A stretch of 64,000 nt of DNA from Perna viridis (lineage: Eukaryota): contig CM074511.1 in NCBI GenBank assembly GCA_037379345.1, forward strand, positions 53,078,862 to 53,142,861, given 5' to 3'. Positions 12,000 to 22,400 of this stretch are shown one piece after another. Both the position numbers and the translations under genes were made by a program. Under the pieces are notes generated by a model. It did no database searches. It saw only the letters and a program-made list of their open reading frames with translations, and was not told where the DNA came from. Positions within the stretch are counted from its first letter, which is position 1. Every line of letters begins with the position of its first letter.

Positions 12000-12329
12000 T
12001 AATGACGGTTAAAAATATGCAATATATAAAAATCGATTATTTAGGAAATAAGAATGATAATAACAAATGTAAAATAACAGTTCAAAATTTCAACAATTGT
12101 AAAAGCTGTACAATTTCAAACAATTGTAAAATAGAAGCTCTACACTTTACATATAAACATCACAACCAGTAAAACCGTGTTCAGTAATTAGTAAACATCT
12201 TTTCTATTTTACATTTTTACAATAATATCTACATTTCTACAGATATGAATTAACATTTTTACAGATAAATCGTAATTCTTGAAACATATTGAACATGCAT
12301 TCAGTACATGCGCCCATGTTGCTTTGTGT
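12000..12329 (-). promoter_or_regulatory. Putative Mos 3'UTR with CPE-like and Pumilio-like motifs
   Basis: On the minus strand: UUUUUAU (12032-12026), UUUUACU (12174-12168), several UUUUAC, and UGUAGAUA (12233-12226). No canonical AAUAAA seen. Confidence 0.45.
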
Positions 12330-13400
12330 TTAAATGTAACTTCTCCACAACTTCAGCAAGTCTACAAGCTCACCAGAAGTTGGTCTGTCTAAAGAGGATG
12401 CTGACCAACATTGCGAATAGAGATCTTTGTAGCATTCTTCAAATGGATCAAGTTCAATCTCGGGGTGTTTTGGCCTGTGCCCAAATGAAACTACTCCAAA
12501 GATAACCACATGTTGGTTTTCGTTCCCATACGGAGCCGTTCTGGCTAACATCTGCCACATTGTCACACCTAAAGAGTAAATGTCTGCTCTCATAGAGGGA
12601 GCTTCTCCTTTTAAAAGTTCTGGAGCTCTGTAAGCGAATGTGCCAGTCAACAAAGATCTTTGAGTAGGACTCACAATTCCAGTGTCAATTTCTACTTTTT
12701 GCGAACATCCAAAGTCTGCAAGCTTGCATGTTTTACCATCTGAAGATATCAAAATGTTAGCAGGTTTTAAGTCTAAATGACAAATTTTGTTCCCATGAGC
12801 ATATTTCAAAGCACTGGATATTTGTAAAGAAAATCTTAACCTCTTCATAGGTCCAAATGACACGGTTTCATCATCAATGAGGGCCTGTAGAGTCTTATCA
12901 CCAGCATACTCCATAACTATCCAAGCACCTTTATCAAAAGAATCCAAAGATGTAGCAGTAATAGTTTTTACAATGTGCCGATGTTCAAACCCAATAGTAT
13001 TCAGTTCTGCCTTGAAACTCTCCAATTGAGCAGCAGGATTTTTCGATACCCTGTGCAGAACTTTCACAGCTACTTTATTGTTCTTATATTTTCCAACATA
13101 TACAGCACCAAACCCTCCAGAACCAAGATACGGCCCTAATTCCACGTCGTCTTTATTTAATGACGAAACTTGTCTTCTCCTTGAATGTGCCTTGCAAATG
13201 GGTCGTTTGAACTCATCCCTTTTCTCTGATTTGACCATTACAGGCATAACAATCCTCTTGGCAACTTTAGCAATTCTTTGGCGTAACGCAATGTACTTTT
13301 TCACTAAACACTGGCTTTGTTTTTGTCCATTAGAGCCACTGAAAGATCCTCTCCTCTTTCTTACATCACATTTTCTATTATATACACTTTTAATCTGCAT
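12330..13400 (-). CDS. MOS: Serine/threonine kinase Mos (oocyte MAPKKK), intronless
   Basis: 356-aa ORF with LGSGGFGAVY, VAVK, ESFKAELN, HLDLKPANIL (HLD typical of Mos), KLADFGCSQ, GTFAYRAPELLKGE, ADIYSLG; single exon as expected for Mos. Confidence 0.93.
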   Translation of the reverse strand: MQIKSVYNRKCDVRKRRGSFSGSNGQKQSQCLVKKYIALRQRIAKVAKRIVMPVMVKSEKRDEFKRPICKAHSRRRQVSSLNKDDVELGPYLGSGGFGAVYVGKYKNNKVAVKVLHRVSKNPAAQLESFKAELNTIGFEHRHIVKTITATSLDSFDKGAWIVMEYAGDKTLQALIDDETVSFGPMKRLRFSLQISSALKYAHGNKICHLDLKPANILISSDGKTCKLADFGCSQKVEIDTGIVSPTQRSLLTGTFAYRAPELLKGEAPSMRADIYSLGVTMWQMLARTAPYGNENQHVVIFGVVSFGHRPKHPEIELDPFEECYKDLYSQCWSASSLDRPTSGELVDLLKLWRSYI

Positions 13401-13999
13401 TTTGCATATTTCTCATCAAACTCAATCTAACGAACTAACTTGTTCAAAGCGACAATAAAAACAGTTCACGTTTGGGTTAAAGGTCATGATTTGAAAGTAA
13501 GAAGTAGAACTTCAATTGAGTAGTTTTAATTGTATTTTTTTTTCAATGATTACTGAATAATTATTGTTGTTATTAGTACCTCCAGACAATTTGGCGGTTT
13601 GGTAATTAATTAACATGGTTTGGACTATTTTAAATTTGTAAACTATGATTATGGAAAGTCAATAACGTGCTATAAGCGCCGTGAGCTATTAGATGATAGA
13701 ACAAGACATGGATTAATTATTCGAGTTAATCTGCACCTTTATTATAAAAAAATAATAACATCTCAACACACTCTGGAAATTATTTAAAATCTTTTTTTTT
13801 TTGCATTTGATAGGTTTGCATGGTTTATTATTTAGGTTATTAATCAATGGTGGGTCCTGGGGTGCAGCGGGTTGGCATCCCACTTTTTTATTGGAAAATT
13901 TGTCATTTTCATGTGTAAAATTGACAAAAAATGATAAATAATGTATTTGCACCCATTTTCGGACCACTTCACTAAGACAAAAAATACAATTTGTACACC

Positions 14000-14680
14000 C
14001 TGTTAATTGAAGCTTTCCCTGTTCCTGTTTGAATATTGTCGAAAAGTTTGCAAGTGAAGTAATACGCTGGACTTTTTGGAACCACTCACCAACAAGAGTT
14101 GGGGTGGACGCTGATCCATGAAGGTTGCTTTCTTTCTTTTGTAGATCGTCTCGGTATTTCCTGTGACGAAGTAGTTGATGAATCTACAAGACGGTCCTCT
14201 TGCTGCTCATCATTCTCTATCCCTTCAAATACATCTATCGAAGCGCTTCTGTGAACTTATTCGGTCTCATCCGCACTAGAGGCGTGAGAAATCCTGTTTA
14301 TTGTTACCAAGAATATATTTAACTCCTTGTTGTTACCAGTTGGTGACTTGCGTGATCGGTCCAACCACCAGTATCTAAAGGACCTTTCCATAAACCAAGG
14401 ACTAGAACACTACAATCTACACTTATCACGACGCAACTAAGAAGGTCGGATGAGACGAGGAACCACTAGAACTTATTTTTTGAGGAACCTGAGGCAGGTA
14501 ATAGCAGCGACTCAACCATCACTGTACGTAGTAACATCACAGCTAGAAGAATCCATGCACGATGGACTTAATTCAGATGAGTCCCCATCAGTTTCAAGTT
14601 CACCGAGCTAGGACTTCCCTGAACGATACTGTATACTGAGTCAAAAGCAGCTAGGACAGCAAGCCAACAGTGACCAGTTG
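14000..14680 (-). mobile_element. Decayed Gypsy-type LTR retrotransposon pol C-terminal tail
   Basis: Minus-strand translation ...ENDEQQEDRLVDSSTTSSQEIPRRSTKERKQPSWIS... (RRSxRxRKxPxW tail after integrase), multiple stops, GC content above flanks. Confidence 0.55.
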
Positions 14681-14688
14681 CATCAAGT

Positions 14689-14877
14689 CAGGCGCGGATC
14701 CAAGGACGGGCTTGGCGGGCGTACGCCCCCTATACATCGGTAAGAAAAAAAAAATGTTTGCATGAAATCTTAATTTTTCATCACAAGTTTCATCCCTAAT
14801 AGTTTTTACATTGCTTTGCACGGCATTTAATTCAATTAACGCCCCATCCCGAAACTCAAATCCTGGATCCGTCCCTG
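14689..14877 (-). mobile_element. MITE, inverted sibling of 11388-11551, 5-bp TSD CAAGT
   Basis: CAGGCGCGGATCC...GGATCCGTCCCTG; internal TTGCTTTGCACGGCATTTAATTCAAT is the reverse complement of the first copy; CAAGT on both flanks. Confidence 0.85.
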
Positions 14878-14889
14878 CAAGTTTCACTG

Positions 14890-15600
14890 TAGTAAATACA
14901 TAAGTCATTGGTAACCTATAGAAGTACTACAACAATGCTAGATGTTGTATGGCAAGCTATTTTCTGACTTTGTACCATCCTAATTTCAACCTATTACGTT
15001 GTAGGAGTACCTAGAAGCTGAAATAAAATCAAGGATAGTGTCATACTGGACAAAACTTATAAATTGAGAAAGAAAACGACCTATCAGATGTTGTATTCTA
15101 ATGTGTAAGCATAATTTTAGATAAGTGTGGGCTTTCATATCTATGGACAACATCAAGGATGTGATTAAACAAATATCAGAAGACCAATTTCAGCAGACCT
15201 GACCAAGCAGGATAATTATCGTTTATATAAAGAATCCGTTAAGTTTGAAGTTATTTTAATGTACTATTAAACAAAGACATGATTACGTTTATTTAATTCA
15301 GAACGTGGAGTTTATATTACAATGTGTACTCCCTGTTCAGAATAATGAACCACAAAGACCCGAAAAACTGCAGATTGAATAATATACCAAGAATATGTCC
15401 ATTATGAAGAAATGCAATCAGGGACAAATATCCCTATAAAATGGAATGCAGATCCTTACATAAAGACAGAACCAATCTAATTAAAAATAAATCTTTGGTT
15501 ACACTACTCTCCATAACAGATTTTAACTGGATTGAGACAGTTAAGAAATTCATCACACTGTCGCTGTTGAAGTGCAATATCATAAAATTCAAAGCAATAA
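14890..15600 (+). mobile_element. Highly degraded non-LTR retrotransposon RT C-terminal remnant
   Basis: Fragments AEIKSRIVSYWTKLIN, IKQISEDQFQQ, ICPL..IRDKYPYKMEC..RTNLI resemble a LINE ORF2 C-terminus with a decayed CCHC knuckle. Confidence 0.45.
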
Positions 15601-15814
15601 TGAATCAAAGCAATCGAAACTTAAAAAAACAGTGTCAGTTTAATAGGATAGAAAATCTCTCGAATACTTCATTGTCTTTTTAATATTCCTTTATAACTAT
15701 TGTTGCCTAACAATTCCTCAACAATCATGCAAATAATAAAAAGTAAAATAATATAGTTTCTGTATACCTTTGTACAACACAGGTTTGCCAGAATAAATAA
15801 TACTCATGTATATA

Positions 15815-16088
15815 CATATATCAAAATATTTGTTTTTGTCACATGAACTTAGGGTGGAGATTTATTTTTATTTTTTTTATTTATTTTTTTTTAAAGAAAA
15901 AAATTACAAAATCATGTGTTATAACAGCCCATATTGCACTTACACTATCTATATATCAGAAAACTTCATATGGATAGTATAAGTGCAGTATTTGTCTTTA
16001 AAACACATGATTTTACATTTTTTTCTTTTTTCACAAAAAAAAAAAAAAAATCCCAACCCCAAGTACCTGTGGTTTCTGTATGTATGTA
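15815..16088. mobile_element. Foldback MITE, ~270 bp
   Basis: AAAATCATGTGTT...TATTGCACTTACACTATC mirrored by GATAGTATAAGTGCAGTA...AACACATGATTTT; outer ACTTAGGGTGG/CCAACCCCAAGT arms. Confidence 0.75.
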
Positions 16089-16119
16089 AAGGTCTCTGTA
16101 TTCCATAGTATTCCATTAT

Positions 16120-16810
16120 AATCAGGTCTGTTAAGTGGAATCGATGCGAGACTGCAATTTGGTCGCTCCCTCAGTGGGATCGGAACCCCTTATCTGCTCT
16201 GACATATACGGCAATACCGCCAGATATGCAGATGGCTGGAAAGCAAAGGACAAACTATTTGACTAAATGTACAAACGCCGAAAATTGATGTATAAAATTT
16301 TATCATTTTACAGGAAAAAAAACATCAAACCCTTAAATCACTAAAATTGGAAAGTAATCATAGAGAAATGGAAACTATTTCAAACATTCTAAAACGACGA
16401 AGTGTTGACAAAACATCCAAGTCTTCTTACATAGAAAGAAAACTACAAGGAAGTTATTTCGACCTTAATCATATCTGAAAACCTTGAAGAAGTACATTGA
16501 TGAACTAAACTTGGAGTAGCTTGAAATAATTAAAAACAGTGTCCTGATCCTTCAATGTTAGCAGTACAGTAATTAGTTGTATTCTAGACCTAGGATTCTA
16601 TATAAAATAGGATATTTATGGTTATAACACCATTAGACTCAAACAACTGTGACAGAATGAAGGAACAAACACTAACCTAATTGAAAAGCCATGAGAAGTA
16701 AAATATAAACAATACAAAAAACAGAGGTTTGGTTTACATCTTTGGAATGTGTGGCTATCTTAAGAAGAACAGTGGAAAAGGGCAATAGGGTCACAGATCT
16801 AAAAAGACCT
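16120..16810 (+). mobile_element. Possible 5' end of an RTE-type LINE: GC-rich structured leader plus decayed APE endonuclease N-terminus
   Basis: Translation SLKLES..REMETISNILKRRSVD..YIERKLQG resembles RTE 'LKIGTWN..ELADVLKRRNIDI..QETKWKG'; many stops. Confidence 0.35.
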
Positions 16811-19406
16811 TAATCTGTGGTGGATCTAGCAAAAAAAGAAATGAAAGTTTTTCAATAATTGTCAAAACATTTTCTGATCTTTATTAGTACAAATATTTGT
16901 CATAATCATTATAAAGATATGAAGTTTGTTCTACTTTCACTTAACCTTCAACACAATGTCTTCACTATCAAAATAAAATGTAAAATAACTGGCTAAAACA
17001 AAAATTATTGATACCCCAAAATATATAACTAAATACCCTTTTGCAGAACACTTTTTCATATACAAAAAAAAATTCCTTTTTTTTCTGCATTCAGTGCTTC
17101 TGACCATTTAGTATACTACTACTACCAAGAAATTTTAAAAAATGCACAAATTATGAAGCCAAAGGGGGTCCTTACCAAACTTTCTCCTTTCATTTTTTTC
17201 AGCATTGATTAAACAAATGACAAAACAAAATGAACAGAATATTGAGTTATGAGTTTTCTTCACTTTATTCTTTCTAAAATATCTGTATCATAAATATCAG
17301 TTGATAATATCAACAAATGATAAAAATTAAACCATACTATATCTTTAGGCTTATTTCAGCTAACAAGTTTTTAAAAATATAGACTTTTTCAACCATGAAG
17401 AAAGTCTAAAGTTAAAATCAATACAACTGGGGAAAAGTAAAGTAGTCTACATGCTGGGTGATATTGTGATGCATGTATGTTTTGATTAATTTTATCTTCA
17501 TGATCTACCATAGTAAATTAATACTTAACAACCTATTAAAAAGTTAGTTAATTAGATAATAAAAAAGCTATCTATTTTCAAATCAACCTAATATAAACAT
17601 GGTTCCTTTTTTCCAGGAGTTTCGGTAAGTAGTCAGTGTATAATATAAAAAATACAAGACTTTTTTCTACATAATCAACCCACACAGGAAGTTTGTTGCT
17701 TATACAATCAATCATTAACCTCTGTCAATCTTTATAGTATATAAATATGACTTCAAGATTAATTCATATTACTAGCAAAACAAAAATCCTGAAAAATTAG
17801 CAACATATGATAAATTAATATAAGCATATTGTTATAAATCATATGCAAACAAAAGTTAAAATGCTAAGCAGAATAGTTTAATAATAAAATTAATAAAAAA
17901 GAAATAATAACAACTTTGCCTCATAGAAAAATGAACACTTTAAGACACAGAACTTTTTTCTCAGTAACAAAAATGAACACTTTAAAACACAGACCTAGCT
18001 TCTTATCTATTGCCACTTTATATTGCCATTATCAAAATTATGATGTATATTTTATTACTAACTAACTTAGACAAGACATTTTGAGAAGAAATAAGTGATA
18101 TCTAGTAGGACTAAAGTAATTAGGCTTATCTATATACCCTTATGAACACAACTGTATAGTAAGATACTACTGTGATATTTCATTAATAGGAATAAATGAA
18201 ACAAAGTTCATTCATAATTTGTGGTTTTTTTTTTCAATTAAACTATATTTCCTGAAATCACAAATAAACAAATCACACAATCACTAAGAACAACTGTCTG
18301 CAATATTATTTCATATAATAATTAGACATTAATTATATTATCCATATCTTTACTTTAATTCATTTTCAACACTTCAATAAATGATGAACAAGTCATTAAC
18401 TGTTTGTGCATTTTATCCCCCCCCCACTATAAAAAAATAATGTGTCATTTTTACACTTATGACAATGTGTAATGGTCGCTTTGTATATTTAAACATTAAT
18501 TTGTGACTAATCATTATAAACTTGCGACAAGCTTGTCTGCATTAATATTTATTAAGCAAAATGTTCTATTTCATTGTCAATTTTCTATGCAGTCTTCCAT
18601 AACATATTTAATATTAAAGATCTGAAGTCTTTCAAATATTGCAGAGATTTGTAGCAAGTTGAAATTCTTTAAAATGTTTTTTTTTCTATGTACATTGTAC
18701 TGACATGTGAAAGTAAAAATTAAGACAATTCTACTTAATGGTATGTAAAAATTTGTTACTACTAATTATAATCTATGATGCATTAACATTGGTGTTAAGT
18801 CTTCTGCTTTTGGCTGGATCCTCCCGATATTTTATTTAAAAAACTGATCAATCTCCTGCTTAAGTGCCTGTGTCAAAGCAGTTGATTTAGCCTAATTCAG
18901 AAATTACTCCTGTCTTACTTGAATTTTTGGCTTAAAATTGTAATAAATCACATAAATTCTTGTCAAAACAAATTGATCTCCAACCTGTGTCAAAGGTTAT
19001 AAATTTAGTATCATCTCTCAGGGGAGGTGATGTAGTGATAAATTGTGCAGTGAAACAAGAGTTGATTTCAAAATAGGTCTGTTGCTAAACAAAGAATATG
19101 TCGCAAAAACAAAGCCTCAGCAAATCTCCTGCTTTGAGATTTTGAAAGTAAGATCTCCCACCTATGCATTTACCTTTACTCTGACAGATATACTATTAGA
19201 TGTTATTAAAAAGATCTGTGTCTAAGGAATTTTAAGCATAATTGTGGTCCACAAAACCTACTAAGATACACATATGTACTTACTACTTCTAATCTACACT
19301 GACAAAACAACCCACACTTTTATCAAAAGATTCTTTATAACAACATTATGCATAACAGATATAGATTGCCAATTACTGCTACAGTTTCTGATAAAAGTCA
19401 TGGTCC

Positions 19407-22400
19407 TTAAGCATCTGGAGGACGGAGCTGGAACAGTTTTTCAATAACAGTTTCATCAGCCATTGTTGTGATGTCGCCAACATTACGATCACCGACAGCA
19501 ATTTTCCTGAGTACACGTCTCATAATTTTCCCCGATCTAGTTTTTGGCAGTCCTGGAGCATTCTGTACAAAGTCTGGTTGCGCAAAAGGCCCAATCTTTG
19601 TTCTAACTGCAAGGTTCAAACAACATTTAAAGATTAATTAAAAAATGGCTGTGAAATTCATGGTAGTTGGAAATCTCTTACACTATTTTCAATAAATTGG
19701 AACTTTTTTTCAGTCAAAAAATGTCATTCTTTACTATTAACAATAATGACAAAATATCTAATAATAATAATATAAAGCAGTTATTCAAGAAAACAAAAGA
19801 ATTAGAAATGTTTACATCTACTCTACCTTTTACTATGAGCTCTTTAACTAAATTGTCTGTAAATTCCTGACCCTAAAATTCAATGATAAAAATACAGTAA
19901 AAAGCAATATGTATCATCATATTATCATAGTAATCTTGATGACATTGGTTCACATATGTATCACCATAATATTGTAGTAATCTGGTTTGAAATCTGCATC
20001 ACCGAAATATTGTGCTAATTTTGATAACTTTGGTTTGACAAATGAATCACCACACAATATTATAGTAATCTTGATGACTTCGGTTTGACATGTATCACCC
20101 CAATATTGTTGTAATCTTGATGACTTTGGTTTGACATATGTGTCACCACAATATAGTAGCAACATTGATAACTTTGGTTTGATATCTTTCACTTAAATTT
20201 TGAATGTCAAAAATAAAAAATGTGTACATTACAATCTGGAATACCCCGCAAACAACTTGAAAGGAACAAGAAAATAACTATTCACATGCCATTTGGTTCC
20301 AAGCCATTTTTTATATGAAAAGCTATTCAACTTAGATTAACTAAAACTATATTCAAATGGATCCATCTTCATCTCAAATCAGGTCTAATTTATCTTTAAA
20401 TTTATTCTTTTTATTTACCTTAAGGAAAGATAATATTGCTTAAATTATCATGACTTTCTTTTTTTTATTCTTCCCAAATTCTTTGAAATTCTTACAATAT
20501 TATAACTACATGATTTAACCTAATGCCATTCACCCTACAATTTTAAGGACTGAGTTTTACCTCTTTTAGTGTAACAAAACAATATGTAGATTGTCCTTTG
20601 ATTTTATGAGGATGTGCCACCACAGCTGCCTCTGCTACAGTAGGATGTTCAACCAAGGCGGATTCTATCTCTGCAGTACTTAACAAATGGCCTGATACAT
20701 TCACCATATCATCTATTCTACCTGTTACCCATATATAACCATCTTCATCTCTTTTGGCACCTAAGTATAACAGGACATATATGTCAGGTACACATCTGAA
20801 GACTTGAGATAAAAGTAGATAAAAATCTTACAATAAATACCAAGAGCTTATTTGTGATCATCAACAATGTAAGCATATTTATAATCAGCAAATAAAAAGC
20901 ATTTTACAAACATGGGCAATAGTATGACAAGCCTTGTGGAATGCACTTCTTATTTATCACTTCATTCAATTTATCTACCCTTAATCTTTCCAACAAAAAT
21001 GTGCAGAAAAAAACTCCAATTCTTGTACTGCTTATTTAATCAAGTGTAGACCCTTTTGTGGTTAGTTGATGAGCATGCTCAATATACACTTCAATGAGGT
21101 AGGGCTTGGGTAGAACAAAAAAATTTCACTTGCGGTAGTGTATATTGAACATGCTATATGCATGACCATTGACTAACCCAGTTAGCACAAAAGGGTCTAT
21201 TCCTTTCAAATGTACAATGTACTTACCATCACCAGTACAGTAATAACCTGGGAACTTTTTAAAGTAAGTAGTTTCATATCTCTCATGGTTACCATATACA
21301 GTTCTCATTATACCTGGCCATGGCTGCTTAAACACCTAGAACAAAGAATGAGGAACTGACAGCAAACTGGATTTTCCCACTGACAAATTCCAAATGTTAA
21401 CTATAAAAAGATCTATAACTCAAAAATAAAAGTGAAAATTATGAACATCAACACAGACCTACCTTATATTTCAGGAATATTACATCTTATTTGAAAAATA
21501 TTCTGTCAAAGGCCATTAAAGTTACAGCACCATTAAGTTTTGGCAGCTGCCTGTACACGAACTAACTAAAAATCAAATCCACCTTACTTTCTCAAGACTT
21601 TAAGAGCATTCCCTAATGAAGTTCATATCAAAAATTATTAGTTTAACAAAAAACTAATAACTCACACAATACGTATGATCTTATTTTTACAATAGTATTG
21701 CTGATACCTACTAAATAACCCTCTTTGTTTGGTTCTGAGATCTCGACACCAAGTTCATCAAGTATAACTGGAACAATACCAAAGAATGGAAATGTCTGCA
21801 AAATAAACAAACCATTTCATATTACAAATGTATATAAACAGGAAGATAATATTGATTGACAAGAAATGTTTCAAATATGAACGTACACTCATTGAAACTA
21901 ATAAACTAATCCAGTTTAGCATAATTTAAGTACCATTACATCTTTATTACCATCATATTTAATAAGTCAAATGTTTTCAGAATTCATTTCACAAATTTAT
22001 CAAACCTCATGAAACATAGTCCTCATTGAAACTTTTCGTCAAGTTGGAATCATTTTTTTATTAATAGTTTGTCTGTGTAGAAGGAACTTAAAAAAACATT
22101 AGCTATAAATATACATTATATAAGACCTTAGCATTTTTTTTCGCACATGCATTTGCATAATTCAGGCAAACTACTGGTTTTAATAGCATTTTCCTCATAC
22201 TTTTCAATGCACTTTGTAAATATAAAAAAAAGAAGCAGTCCTATTTTTCTCTAGAATATGCACAATTTTTAATACTCAACTAAGTTCAGGAAGTCAATTA
22301 TTATGTCTTAGAAATTATAGTAGGGATCAAGCTTGAATTTTCTTTTGATTATAGAACACCTTCATTGATGGAAGCCTCAATTTGATCTTTCACAACTTAT

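Noticed and set aside
13078-13458. 126-aa plus-strand ORF (and ORF 12308-12505)
   Set aside because: Antisense shadows of the Mos coding sequence with no recognisable motifs.
11388-14877. Inverted MITE pair enclosing intronless Mos, suggesting a composite transposon or captured gene
   Set aside because: Each MITE has its own different 5-bp TSD (AATAT vs CAAGT), so they inserted independently; Mos is ancestrally intronless and the interval also includes ERICH1 exon 1.
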